Assembly: GCA_965246885.1 (NCBI GenBank)
Contig: OZ251992.1
Location: forward strand, 256,001 to 320,000
Length of the DNA: 64,000 bases
Source of the DNA: Abditibacterium sp.
GTDB taxonomy: Bacteria; Armatimonadota; Abditibacteriia; Abditibacteriales; Abditibacteriaceae
Reading direction: 5' to 3'
Positions within the stretch are counted from its first letter, which is position 1. Every line of letters begins with the position of its first letter. Below the pieces are notes generated by a model. It had not been told where the DNA came from and made no database searches. It saw nothing but the letters and a program-made list of their open reading frames with translations. Shown piece after piece: positions 37,470 through 46,256 of the stretch. A program made the translations under genes and the position numbers.

Positions 37470-37654
37470 CCCCGCGAAAAGGGGCGCCGGGTGGAGACGT
37501 GAAAGAGTTCGTGTCTAAGGTGGGAAGGGCCTCCTACGGTTTGAGGGGATTTTTTGGAAGCGGGCCGCCGCATTTTGCCCCTGAGCGGCCAAACTTTGTC
37601 CGTAAGCGGACGCCCACCCCCATTGGGCGCGGGTGGAGCGAGGGCAATTAGCAG

Positions 37655-38461
37655 ATGAACCTCTTTGATTTGAGCGGCGAAGTCGCCGTCGTAGTGGGCG
37701 GCACGGGCGAGTTGGGCGGCGCCCTCGCTCTGGCCCTCGCGGGATGCGGCGCACGGGTGGCCGTCGTCGGGCGCGACGCGACGCGCGGCGGCGAGCGGGT
37801 CGCCGCCATCCGCGAGGCGGGCGGGGAGGCGGGGTTCTTCGCCGCCGATGCGTGTGACCGCTCGGCCCTGCAAGGCGCGCGCCTCGCCATCGAGGGCAGT
37901 CTTGGCCCCGCCTCGGTCTTGGTCAACGCGGCGGGGGGCAACCGCGCCGGGGCCACGCTGCCTCCGGGCGCGGACTTTTGCGCGCTCGAACAGGCCGCGT
38001 GGAACGAGGTGTTCGACCTGAATCTGGTCGGCGGCGCGTTGCTCCCCTGCCAAGTGTGGGGCGCGGGGATGGTGGCGCGCGGGCGCGGCTCGATTGTCAA
38101 CATCGCCTCCCTCAGTGGCATGACGCCGCTTTCGCGCGTGGTGGCGTATAGCGCGGCGAAGGCGGCGGTGCTGAACCTGACGCAGTTTCTGGCGCGCGAG
38201 TGGGCGCCCTCTAACGTGCGCGTGAACGCGCTGTCGCCCGGCTTTTTCCCCGCCGAGCAAAACCGCGCCCTGCTTCAGAACGCCGATGGCACGCTGTCGC
38301 AACGCGGCGCGGCTATCATCGGACACACGCCGATGGCGCGCTTTGGGCGGGCCGACGAGTTGGCGGGCGCCTTAGTGTTTCTGGCCAGCGCGCGAGCGTC
38401 GGGCTTTGTGACGGGGCACAACTTGGTCGTGGATGGCGGCTTTAGCGCCACGACGATTTGA
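37655..38461 (+). CDS. SDR oxidoreductase, D-mannonate oxidoreductase (fructuronate reductase)-like
   Basis: GGTGELG, NAAGGN, PLSRVVAYSAAK, PGFFPAEQNR and HTPMARFG motifs; hexuronate context. Confidence 0.8.
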   Translation: MNLFDLSGEVAVVVGGTGELGGALALALAGCGARVAVVGRDATRGGERVAAIREAGGEAGFFAADACDRSALQGARLAIEGSLGPASVLVNAAGGNRAGATLPPGADFCALEQAAWNEVFDLNLVGGALLPCQVWGAGMVARGRGSIVNIASLSGMTPLSRVVAYSAAKAAVLNLTQFLAREWAPSNVRVNALSPGFFPAEQNRALLQNADGTLSQRGAAIIGHTPMARFGRADELAGALVFLASARASGFVTGHNLVVDGGFSATTI

Positions 38462-38467
38462 ACTTCC

Positions 38468-39706
38468 ATGCTGACACCAACCGACATCGCCGCGCGTGTG
38501 GCCGCCTTCGCGCAGACTCTGCCGCTCGACGGCAAGCGCGTCTTGCTCATTGTGCCCGATGCCACGCGCACCGCGCCCATTGGCCCGCTCTTTCGCGCGC
38601 TGTGGGCGGCGCTCGATGGGCAGGTAGCGGCACTGGATGTGATGGTGGCGCTGGGCACGCACCCGGCGATGAGCGAGGCGGCGATTCGGGCGCGCTTGGA
38701 GATAACCCCGCACGAGCGCGAGACCACCTTCGCCCGCGTCGGGTTCTACAACCACGAGTGGGACAACCCGGCGGCGCTCACGCTTTTGGGCACCATCCCG
38801 GCGGGCGAGATAGCGGCGCTGTCGGGCGGCTTGTTCGAGATGGACGTGCCCGTCACCTTCAACGCGCGCGCTTTGAGCTACGACCATCTGCTTATTGTCG
38901 GCCCCGTCTTTCCGCACGAGGTGGTGGGCTTTTCGGGCGGCAACAAGTATCTCTTTCCGGGTATCGGCGGGCCGGAAGTGCTCAACTTCTTCCACTGGCT
39001 GGGCGCGGTCATCACCAACGCGGCCATTATTGGGGCGGGCTATACGCCGGTGCGCGCCGTCGTTGACCGCGCCGCCGCTCTGGTTCCGGTCGCCAAGAGC
39101 GCCATTTGTCTGGTCGTGTCGCCCGGTGGGGAGTTGGTGGGGATGTTCACCGGCACCCCCGAAGCCGCATGGGAAAGCGCGGCGAAGTTGTCGAGCGAGG
39201 TGCATATCACGCGCAAGGCGCACCCGTTCCACACCGTCTTGAGTCGTTGCCCGCTCATGTATGACGACCTCTGGGTGGGCGGCAAGGCGATGTATAAGTT
39301 GGAGCCAGTCGTCGCGGATGGCGGCGAACTGATCATTTACGCGCCCCACATCCGGGAGATTAGCCCGGTGCATGGCGCGCTGTTGGAGCGCATCGGCTAC
39401 CACTGCCGCGACTACTTCCTCGCCGATTGGGACACGTTCAAGGCGCTGCCTTGGGGCGTCCTCGCGCACTCGACACACGTGCGCGGGCAGGGCACGATGG
39501 AAGGTGGGGAGGAGCGGTGCCGCATCCGCGTCACCCTTGCGACGGGCATCCCCGAAGCGACTTGCCGCCGCGTCAACCTCGGCTACCGCGACCCCGCTTC
39601 GATTCGTATCGGAGACTACCAAAACAGCGAAGACGAGGGTGTTCTCGACGTGCCCAAAGCGGGCGAAATGCTCTTTCGATTGGAAGACCCCAGCGCGCGG
39701 GTGTAA
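38468..39706 (+). CDS. LarA (lactate racemase) family 2-hydroxyacid racemase/epimerase
   Basis: PDATRT, ALGTH, NHEWD and PHEVVGFSGGNK motifs. Confidence 0.85.
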   Translation: MLTPTDIAARVAAFAQTLPLDGKRVLLIVPDATRTAPIGPLFRALWAALDGQVAALDVMVALGTHPAMSEAAIRARLEITPHERETTFARVGFYNHEWDNPAALTLLGTIPAGEIAALSGGLFEMDVPVTFNARALSYDHLLIVGPVFPHEVVGFSGGNKYLFPGIGGPEVLNFFHWLGAVITNAAIIGAGYTPVRAVVDRAAALVPVAKSAICLVVSPGGELVGMFTGTPEAAWESAAKLSSEVHITRKAHPFHTVLSRCPLMYDDLWVGGKAMYKLEPVVADGGELIIYAPHIREISPVHGALLERIGYHCRDYFLADWDTFKALPWGVLAHSTHVRGQGTMEGGEERCRIRVTLATGIPEATCRRVNLGYRDPASIRIGDYQNSEDEGVLDVPKAGEMLFRLEDPSARV

Positions 39707-39718
39707 GACTTACCACTC

Positions 39719-40981
39719 ATGCCTCCCTCCCTCCCGCTGTTTGCCGAGCAGCTGCCCACCGCCGTGTCGCGCGCGGTGCGCGAAGCGCGCGTCTTCGACA
39801 TCCACACCCACCTCTACGCCCCGGCGTTTGGTGACCTGCTGTTGTGGGGCATAGACGATCTGCTGGTGTTCCACTACCTCGTCGCCGAGACGTTTCGCCA
39901 CGCTGCGCTGCCTTACGAGCGCTTCTGGGGGATGTCCAAGAGCGAGCAAGCCGAGTTGGTGTGGGGGACGCTGTTCCTCGACCGCTCGCCTCTTTCGGAA
40001 GCGCGCCAAGGCGTGCTGACCACGCTCCATGCTTTGGGTTTGGATGTCCGCGCGCGCGACTTGCCCGCGCTCCGGCGCCACTTCGCGGGGCAGAACCGCG
40101 ATGCCTACATCGGGCACTGCATGGAGTTGGCGGGCGTTTCCAAGATATGCATGACGAACTCGCCCTTCGACCACGACGAAGCGCCGCTTTGGGACGGCTT
40201 CAGGGGCGATGAGCGCTTTTGCGCGGCCTTGCGCATAGACCCGCTCCTCAACGAGTGGGAGCAAACCCTCCCCCAGATGCGTGGTTGGGGCTACGATGTG
40301 GGCAGCGACCTGAACGAGGCGACGCTGCGCGAGGTGCGCCGCTTCCTCGGTGACTGGGCGCGCAAGATGAACGCGCTCTACCTGATGGTGTCTTTGCCGC
40401 CGGAGTGGAACTTCCCCGACGACCGCCACAACCCCACGCGCGGACGGCTCATTGAAGGTGTCATCCTGCCCTTTTGCCGCGAGGCGGGACTGCCCTTCGC
40501 CGTCATGCCCGGCGTGCGCAAGCTCATCAACCCCGACCTGCGCTTGGCCGGAGACGGCGTGGGCCGCTCCGACCTCTACGCCTTGGGCAACTTGTGCGCG
40601 CACAACCCCGACGTCAAGTTCATGGCCACCGTCCTTTCGCGCGAGAACCAGCACGAACTGAACGTGTTGGCGCGCAAGTTTGGCAACCTGCACCCCTTCG
40701 GCTGCTGGTGGTTCCTCAACATCCCGACCCTCGTGGACGAAATGACGCGCATGCGGCTCGAACTGTTGGGAACGAGCTTTACCTTCCAACACTCCGACGC
40801 CCGCGTGTTGGAGCAGATGATTTACAAGTGGGATCACTCCAAGACCGTGTTGGAGCGCATCCTTTCCGAGAAATACGCCGCCATGACCGCGAGCGGCTGG
40901 GGCGTTACCGCAGGGGAGATCGAGCGCGACGTGCGCGAAATCACCGGCGGCGCTTTCGAGGAGTTCCTCGCTCGTTCCTGA
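39719..40981 (+). CDS. uxaC: uronate isomerase (Bacillus halodurans BH0493-like type)
   Basis: DIHTHL, HYLVAE, MTNSPF, LRIDPL, FGCWWFLN and QHSDARVLEQMIYKW motifs. Confidence 0.85.
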   Translation: MPPSLPLFAEQLPTAVSRAVREARVFDIHTHLYAPAFGDLLLWGIDDLLVFHYLVAETFRHAALPYERFWGMSKSEQAELVWGTLFLDRSPLSEARQGVLTTLHALGLDVRARDLPALRRHFAGQNRDAYIGHCMELAGVSKICMTNSPFDHDEAPLWDGFRGDERFCAALRIDPLLNEWEQTLPQMRGWGYDVGSDLNEATLREVRRFLGDWARKMNALYLMVSLPPEWNFPDDRHNPTRGRLIEGVILPFCREAGLPFAVMPGVRKLINPDLRLAGDGVGRSDLYALGNLCAHNPDVKFMATVLSRENQHELNVLARKFGNLHPFGCWWFLNIPTLVDEMTRMRLELLGTSFTFQHSDARVLEQMIYKWDHSKTVLERILSEKYAAMTASGWGVTAGEIERDVREITGGAFEEFLARS

Positions 40982-42243
40982 TGTTAATCCTTGAAAAACT
41001 TTCTTTCGGCGTGGGCGACCGCTTCGCCCACCAAGCCCGCGCCCAACTGCGCGCCTTCGAGATGCTCCACACGGCGGGCGTGGACGTCGTGCCCGTGTGG
41101 AACAAGTCGCACCGCGAACATAGCACCATCGGCTCCGCTCCAGAGGATGTGCGCCGCGCCGCCGATGCCGCCGTCAAAGAGGCGAGGTGGCCCCTCGCGC
41201 ACTATGTGGACGCCGACCATGTGCGCTTGGAAACCGTCGCGGGCTTTGTGGAAAGCAGCGACTTTTTCACACTCGATGTCGCCGACTTCATCGGGCCAGC
41301 GCCGCCAGCGTCGGATGAAGGTGGAGCGGCCTCGTTCGTCGCGCGCCACCCCGAACTCGTCGGGCGCGTCGAGATTCCCGGCATCGAAGCGCCCTTTGAG
41401 ACGACCAAAGAGCAAGTGCAAGCCGTTGCCGCCAAGTATCTCGCGGCGGTCGCCGAAGCGGGGCGCTCGTATCGCCACATCGCGGGCGTCAAAGGTGTCG
41501 GCACCTTCATTACCGAAGTCTCGATGGACGAAACCGACGCGCCGCAAACTCCGCCCGAACTGTTGGTCATCCTCGCCGCCCTCGCCGACGAAGGCATCCC
41601 GCTCCAAACCATCGCGCCCAAGTTCTCCGGGCGCTTCAACAAGGGCGTGGACTACGTTGGCGACCCCGCCCAGTTCGAGCGCGAGTTGGGCGACGACATC
41701 GCCGTCATCGCGCACGCCGTCGCCCGCTACGACCTGCCCGCCAACCTCAAACTCAGCGTCCACTCCGGCAGCGATAAGTTCTCCCTCTACGCCCCCATCC
41801 GCCGCACCCTCGCGCGCACCGGCGCGGGGTTGCACCTCAAAACGGCGGGCACCACATGGCTCGAAGAACTCATCGGCCTTGCCGAAGCGGGCGGATCGGG
41901 CCTCGCGCTCGCCAAGGAGATTTACGCCCTCGCGCTCGAAAAGCAGGCGGAACTGTGCGCGCCGTATGCGTCAGTCATTGACATCAACCCGGCCCTCCTC
42001 CCCTCTGCCGCGACAGTGAACGGCTGGACAAGCGAGCAGTTCACCGCCGCCCTGCGCCACGACCCAACTAACCCCAGTTTCAACCCCGGCGTGCGCCAAC
42101 TGCTCCACGTCGGCTACAAAATCGCCGCCCAACTGGGCGCGCGCTACACCGATGCCCTCCAAGCGAACCAAGCCACCATCGCCCGCAACGTCACCCACAA
42201 CCTCTTCGAGCGCCACATGAAACTTCTCTTCCTCAAAGATTAA
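40981..42243 (+). CDS. uxaE: tagaturonate/fructuronate epimerase family
   Basis: SFGVGDRF, DADH, EVSMDE, APKF.G.FNKGVDY, KLSVHSGSDKF, HLKTAGTTWLE and RQLLHVGY motifs. Confidence 0.9.
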   Translation: MLILEKLSFGVGDRFAHQARAQLRAFEMLHTAGVDVVPVWNKSHREHSTIGSAPEDVRRAADAAVKEARWPLAHYVDADHVRLETVAGFVESSDFFTLDVADFIGPAPPASDEGGAASFVARHPELVGRVEIPGIEAPFETTKEQVQAVAAKYLAAVAEAGRSYRHIAGVKGVGTFITEVSMDETDAPQTPPELLVILAALADEGIPLQTIAPKFSGRFNKGVDYVGDPAQFERELGDDIAVIAHAVARYDLPANLKLSVHSGSDKFSLYAPIRRTLARTGAGLHLKTAGTTWLEELIGLAEAGGSGLALAKEIYALALEKQAELCAPYASVIDINPALLPSAATVNGWTSEQFTAALRHDPTNPSFNPGVRQLLHVGYKIAAQLGARYTDALQANQATIARNVTHNLFERHMKLLFLKD

Positions 42244-42336
42244 ATCAGCAGAATTCATAAAGAACACCGCTGTCAGGTCAGGCGCAGACGGACACCGAGA
42301 AATACCCAGCAGAGATAATCCTTTGTGGTAAATTCA

Positions 42337-42349
42337 AAGGTAGAACCTT
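42337..42349. promoter_or_regulatory. candidate FadR-family operator
   Basis: Palindrome AAGGT-AGA-ACCTT just upstream of the RidA gene; AAAGGTAGAACC recurs at 58358-58369. Confidence 0.55.
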
Positions 42350-42358
42350 AGACTTTCT

Positions 42359-42754
42359 ATGTCCATGAACTCTTACCCGATGGCACCGGGCCAAACGCAG
42401 CATGCGCCGCCGCTTTCGATGTGGCGACGCGCGGGTGGCCTCGTCTTCGTGAGCGGACACGGCGCGGTCGATGAGCGCGGGCAGTTTGCGTCCGAGGAGT
42501 TCGAGGCGCAGTATCGGTATACGATGGAGCAATTGAGCGCCACGCTCGCCGAAGCGGGTTGCGCGTTCGCCGATGTCGTGAGCGTCCGTTGCTACATTCA
42601 GCACCCGTCCGACTTGCCCGCCCACAACCGACTTTACCGCGACTACTTCTCCGAGCCGTTCCCCGCTCGCACGACCGTCGTCAGCTGCCTTCCGCCCGGA
42701 CTGCTGTTTGAGATCGAGTGCATCGCCCTCGCGCCGGAAGGAGCCGCGCCATGA
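42359..42754 (+). CDS. RidA/YjgF family protein
   Basis: LVFVSG, N..Y..YF..PFPART and LP.GLLFEIECIA motifs. Confidence 0.88.
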   Translation: MSMNSYPMAPGQTQHAPPLSMWRRAGGLVFVSGHGAVDERGQFASEEFEAQYRYTMEQLSATLAEAGCAFADVVSVRCYIQHPSDLPAHNRLYRDYFSEPFPARTTVVSCLPPGLLFEIECIALAPEGAAP

Positions 42755-43878
42755 AGTCTGCCCTTTGCTGCTATGCGTGGGACTTTGCCGCCGAGGGTGT
42801 CGAGCCGCTCTTGGGCCAGTTAGCGGGCGCCGGGTTTAGTCACCTCATCTATGCCGTCACCTATCACACCGGCTGGTTCTTGCACGCGCGGCGCCATCCC
42901 AAAGCGTTTATGCCCCCATCGGGCGCGCACTACTTCGCCCCGCAGAGCGCGCTCTACGGAAAGCTCCAGCCGCTTGTCGCCCCGGAGTGCATCGCGCGCG
43001 ACTGGACGCGCGAGGTCGGCGCCGCCTTGGGAAGGCACGGCCTCCAGATGATCGCGTGGACGGTAGGCGCGCACAACTTCCGGCAGGGGGCGCTTCACCC
43101 CGACTGCGCGAGCCGCAACGCTTTTGGGGACGTTTATCCGCACGCGCTGTGCCCCGCCGACCCCGACGTGCGGCACTACCTGCTCGCCTTGGCGCGCGAT
43201 GTCGGGACGAATCTGCCTGTCGAAGCGCTCGCCTTGGAAGCCTTCGATTATCAGGGCTGGAAGCACGATCATCAGCACGAGCGCGACTTCTACAACCTCG
43301 GCCCGCTCGAAGGGCGCCTGATGAACCTGTGCTTCCACCCCGCCACCCAAGCGCGCGTGGGCGCAGCAGGCGTGGACGGCGCGCGCGTTCAATCGCAGGT
43401 CGTGGCCCTCCTGCAAGCGCGCTTTGATGCTTCGCCGGAGCGTCCGCCGGGTTATCCCGACTCGCTCGATGAGTTGCATGCGCGCATCGAAGGGTTGGCG
43501 GGTTACGAAGCGGCTATGGTGGAAGTGGTCGAGGAGATAACGCGCGAGGCGGTCGCAGCGATGCGCCCCGCGATGTGGCACTCGTTCGGCGGGCCAAAAG
43601 CAGCCGATGTGTCCCTCGCCGGACGTTTCTCGCTGTTCGCGTATGGTCAGGACGCCGATTACGTGCGCGCCGCATATCCCGCCGCTAAAGCCAAAGCGGG
43701 CGAGCGGGAACTGTGGGTGATGCTCAAAATGGGCGCCCAAGAGATGCCCTCGCGCGCCTTCGTCGAGGAACTCATCGGCGCGGTGCGCGAAGTGAAGGCG
43801 GACGGACTGGCGTTTTACAACTACTCCGAAGCGCCGCCGCGCGTGTTCCAGTGGGTCTGCGAGGCGATGCAACGATGA
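42751..43878 (+). CDS. hypothetical TIM-barrel-like protein (glycoside hydrolase-like)
   Basis: YAWD, AVTYH, AW.V..HN, NAFGD.YPHALCPA.P.VR.Y and H.HQHE motifs; no signal peptide. Confidence 0.55.
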   Translation: MKSALCCYAWDFAAEGVEPLLGQLAGAGFSHLIYAVTYHTGWFLHARRHPKAFMPPSGAHYFAPQSALYGKLQPLVAPECIARDWTREVGAALGRHGLQMIAWTVGAHNFRQGALHPDCASRNAFGDVYPHALCPADPDVRHYLLALARDVGTNLPVEALALEAFDYQGWKHDHQHERDFYNLGPLEGRLMNLCFHPATQARVGAAGVDGARVQSQVVALLQARFDASPERPPGYPDSLDELHARIEGLAGYEAAMVEVVEEITREAVAAMRPAMWHSFGGPKAADVSLAGRFSLFAYGQDADYVRAAYPAAKAKAGERELWVMLKMGAQEMPSRAFVEELIGAVREVKADGLAFYNYSEAPPRVFQWVCEAMQR

Positions 43879-44669
43879 AGCGCGTCTTGTTTATTGGCGC
43901 AACCGGCGTCGTCGGAAGCCAAGTCGTGCCCCTGTTGGCGCGCGAGTTCGAGTTGTCCCCCGCCGCCTTTGGCGGTGGGCGGGTGGAACAGTTGGAAGTG
44001 GCCCACTGCGACATCACCGACTTCGAGGCCACCCAAGCGCTGTTGAGGAGCGCGCCGTTCGAGGCCGTCGTCAACTGTGCGGTTGCCGACCATCGCGGCG
44101 CCCGCTTCGATGACCCCGAAGCGCGGCGCACATATTTCGAGCGCTGTTTGGACATCAACGCGCGCGGCGCTTACTACGTTTTTGAAGCGGCGGCGCGCGC
44201 GGGTGTGCCCGCGTGCGTGTTCGTTTCCAGCCTAACAGCCGTGATGGGCGAGCCGCGCTACTCGCACGTCCCCGCCGATGCACCCCCGCGTCCGCGCGAC
44301 TTGTACTCTTGCACCAAGCTCTTCGGCGAGCAGTTGGGCGCCACCTACGCGCACCGCGCACACGACCCGCTCCGCGTGCTGTGCTTGCGTTTGGGGCAGC
44401 CGTATCCCGCTTTTGTCGAGTCGGACGAAAACTGGAATCAAAACGCTTTTAGCCGCTCGATGATGGTGCACCACGAGGACATCGCCGCCGCCATCACCCG
44501 CGCGCTCCACTCGTCGCGGCGCTACGGGGTGTATCCGATTTTGTCGCGCTCGGATGGGGCTTGGATAGATCAGTCGCGCTGCCAAGAAATTGACTACGCC
44601 CCGCAGTGGACGTTTAGTGCCGACGGCTCCCTGACGCGCGCGGGGGAAGGAGGGGTGTCCCGCGAGTAA
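43875..44669 (+). CDS. NAD-dependent epimerase/dehydratase (uronate dehydrogenase-like)
   Basis: GATGVVG, VFVSS, YSCTKLFGE (YxxxK) and CLRLG motifs. Confidence 0.8.
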   Translation: MKRVLFIGATGVVGSQVVPLLAREFELSPAAFGGGRVEQLEVAHCDITDFEATQALLRSAPFEAVVNCAVADHRGARFDDPEARRTYFERCLDINARGAYYVFEAAARAGVPACVFVSSLTAVMGEPRYSHVPADAPPRPRDLYSCTKLFGEQLGATYAHRAHDPLRVLCLRLGQPYPAFVESDENWNQNAFSRSMMVHHEDIAAAITRALHSSRRYGVYPILSRSDGAWIDQSRCQEIDYAPQWTFSADGSLTRAGEGGVSRE

Positions 44670-44689
44670 CGGGGCACATCCCTCCTCGC

Positions 44690-44792
44690 GTGCGGGGAGG
44701 CGTTCTTCGCATGGCGGACGTCCGCCGTCGCATGGCGGGAGAAATTCTTCCGATGCGGGGAGGAGTTTTTCGGATGGCGGGAGGAAATTATG
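44690..44792. repeat. degenerate 21-nt tandem repeat, 5 units (family B)
   Basis: Units start at 44690, 44711, 44732, 44753 and 44774 (RTG...GGAGR); the last unit provides GGAGG and the ATG of the next gene. Confidence 0.8.
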
Positions 44793-46016
44793 TCGAAGCC
44801 GCTTCAATTGGCCGTTGTCGCAACGGTGTTTTATCCCTACTCGCACGCCGATGTCATCGTGTCGCGCTGGCTGTCGCCTTGGCCCGATGACGCGCGCGCT
44901 GGGTGGGTGGCGCAAACGCAAATCGCGGGGATGTTCGTGGCACAAACTCCGCCGCGCGACCTGCGCGACGACCCGGCGCTGCTGCAATGGGTCGAAGCGC
45001 GCGAGCGGCCCTTCCATGTCGTGCGCGACGTGGATATGGCGGGCTATACGAGCGAGAAGTACGGCATCCCACTTTTCCCTTCCATTCGGGAGGCGCTGTG
45101 TTTGGGTGGGCGCGAGTTGGCAGTGGATGGGGTGCTGCTGATTGGCGAACACGGCGCGTATCCGTTCAACGAGTGGGGACAAAAAATGTATCCGCGCAAG
45201 GAGATGTGGGACGAAATCGTGGCGGTGTTTCGCGGGAGCGGGCGAGTGGTGCCCGTTTTCAATGACAAGGGCCTCAGTTGGAACCCCGACTGGGTGCGCG
45301 ACATGTTCGACACGGCGCGGGCGCTGAACATTCCCTTTATGGCCGGTTCGAGCCTAACGCTCAACGGGTTTGCATCGGAACGCTTTGGGGTGGAGCCGCA
45401 AGAAGGGGATGCCATTGAGGAAAGCGTATCGCTGTTCGGTGCCGGGCCGGAGAGTTACGGCTTCCACTCGGTCGAGTGGATGCAATCTCTCTTGGAGCGG
45501 CTTCCCCATCCCCCACCCGCGCCCATCGGGGTGGATGCGGTGGAAGTGTGGGAGGGCGCGGCGGTATGGGACGCGCTGGATAACGATACCTTGCCCCGCG
45601 AGTTATGGGAGTTGGCCGCCGCGCAACTGGGTCTTTCGACGGAGAAAATCCGCGCCAGTTGCGAGACGGCTAACGAAGGCGCGACTTCGGCGCACCCGGA
45701 AGAAGGGTGGTTCCGCGCGCCTATCGCCTTTCGCTTGCACCACCAGAATGGCACCATCTCCAACCACTTCTACCTCGCGGGGCCGGGGATTCGCTTTGTG
45801 ATGGCGATGCGCACCTGCGCCCCGGAGGGCGCGCCCCATCTTTTCGCCGCGCGCAACTTTGCCGACGAGCCGGAAGATGTGATTCTGGGCCACTTTGCTC
45901 GCTTGAACACTCACATTCAGAAGTTGATGCTGACGGGCCAATCGCCCGTCCCGCCAGAGCGCACCCTGATTGCTTCGCTCGCCATCGCCGCTGTAATGAA
46001 GGCACGGGCTGCGTGA
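44790..46016 (+). CDS. hypothetical oxidoreductase-like protein (Gfo/Idh/MocA-like)
   Basis: SHADVI, DGVLLIGEHG.YP, VPVFNDK, MAGSS and ESYGFH motifs. Confidence 0.6.
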   Translation: MSKPLQLAVVATVFYPYSHADVIVSRWLSPWPDDARAGWVAQTQIAGMFVAQTPPRDLRDDPALLQWVEARERPFHVVRDVDMAGYTSEKYGIPLFPSIREALCLGGRELAVDGVLLIGEHGAYPFNEWGQKMYPRKEMWDEIVAVFRGSGRVVPVFNDKGLSWNPDWVRDMFDTARALNIPFMAGSSLTLNGFASERFGVEPQEGDAIEESVSLFGAGPESYGFHSVEWMQSLLERLPHPPPAPIGVDAVEVWEGAAVWDALDNDTLPRELWELAAAQLGLSTEKIRASCETANEGATSAHPEEGWFRAPIAFRLHHQNGTISNHFYLAGPGIRFVMAMRTCAPEGAPHLFAARNFADEPEDVILGHFARLNTHIQKLMLTGQSPVPPERTLIASLAIAAVMKARAA

Positions 46017-46176
46017 CCGGACGCACAACAAGCGTTTCCAAGGGTGCCCAGAGTTGCTCTCGCTTCTTTATCTGTTGTGGGGAGCAGCCGGTCACATCCT
46101 CTCCTGCCCCGGTTTCTACGCTCAAGTGTGGTGCTTTTAGCCCGCCGAGACACCGGCCCGAAAAAAATTCCGGGCG

Positions 46177-46210
46177 GATGTTTAAAATTGGCTCTAAGTG
46201 GGTATAATGA
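46177..46210 (+). promoter_or_regulatory. sigma70-type promoter of module 1
   Basis: GATG-TTTAAA-N16-TATAAT-GA; same architecture at 58313-58346. Confidence 0.6.
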
Positions 46211-46256
46211 GATGGCATACCTAAAGCCCGATGCGCGGGGGCACTTGAAAGCTGGT

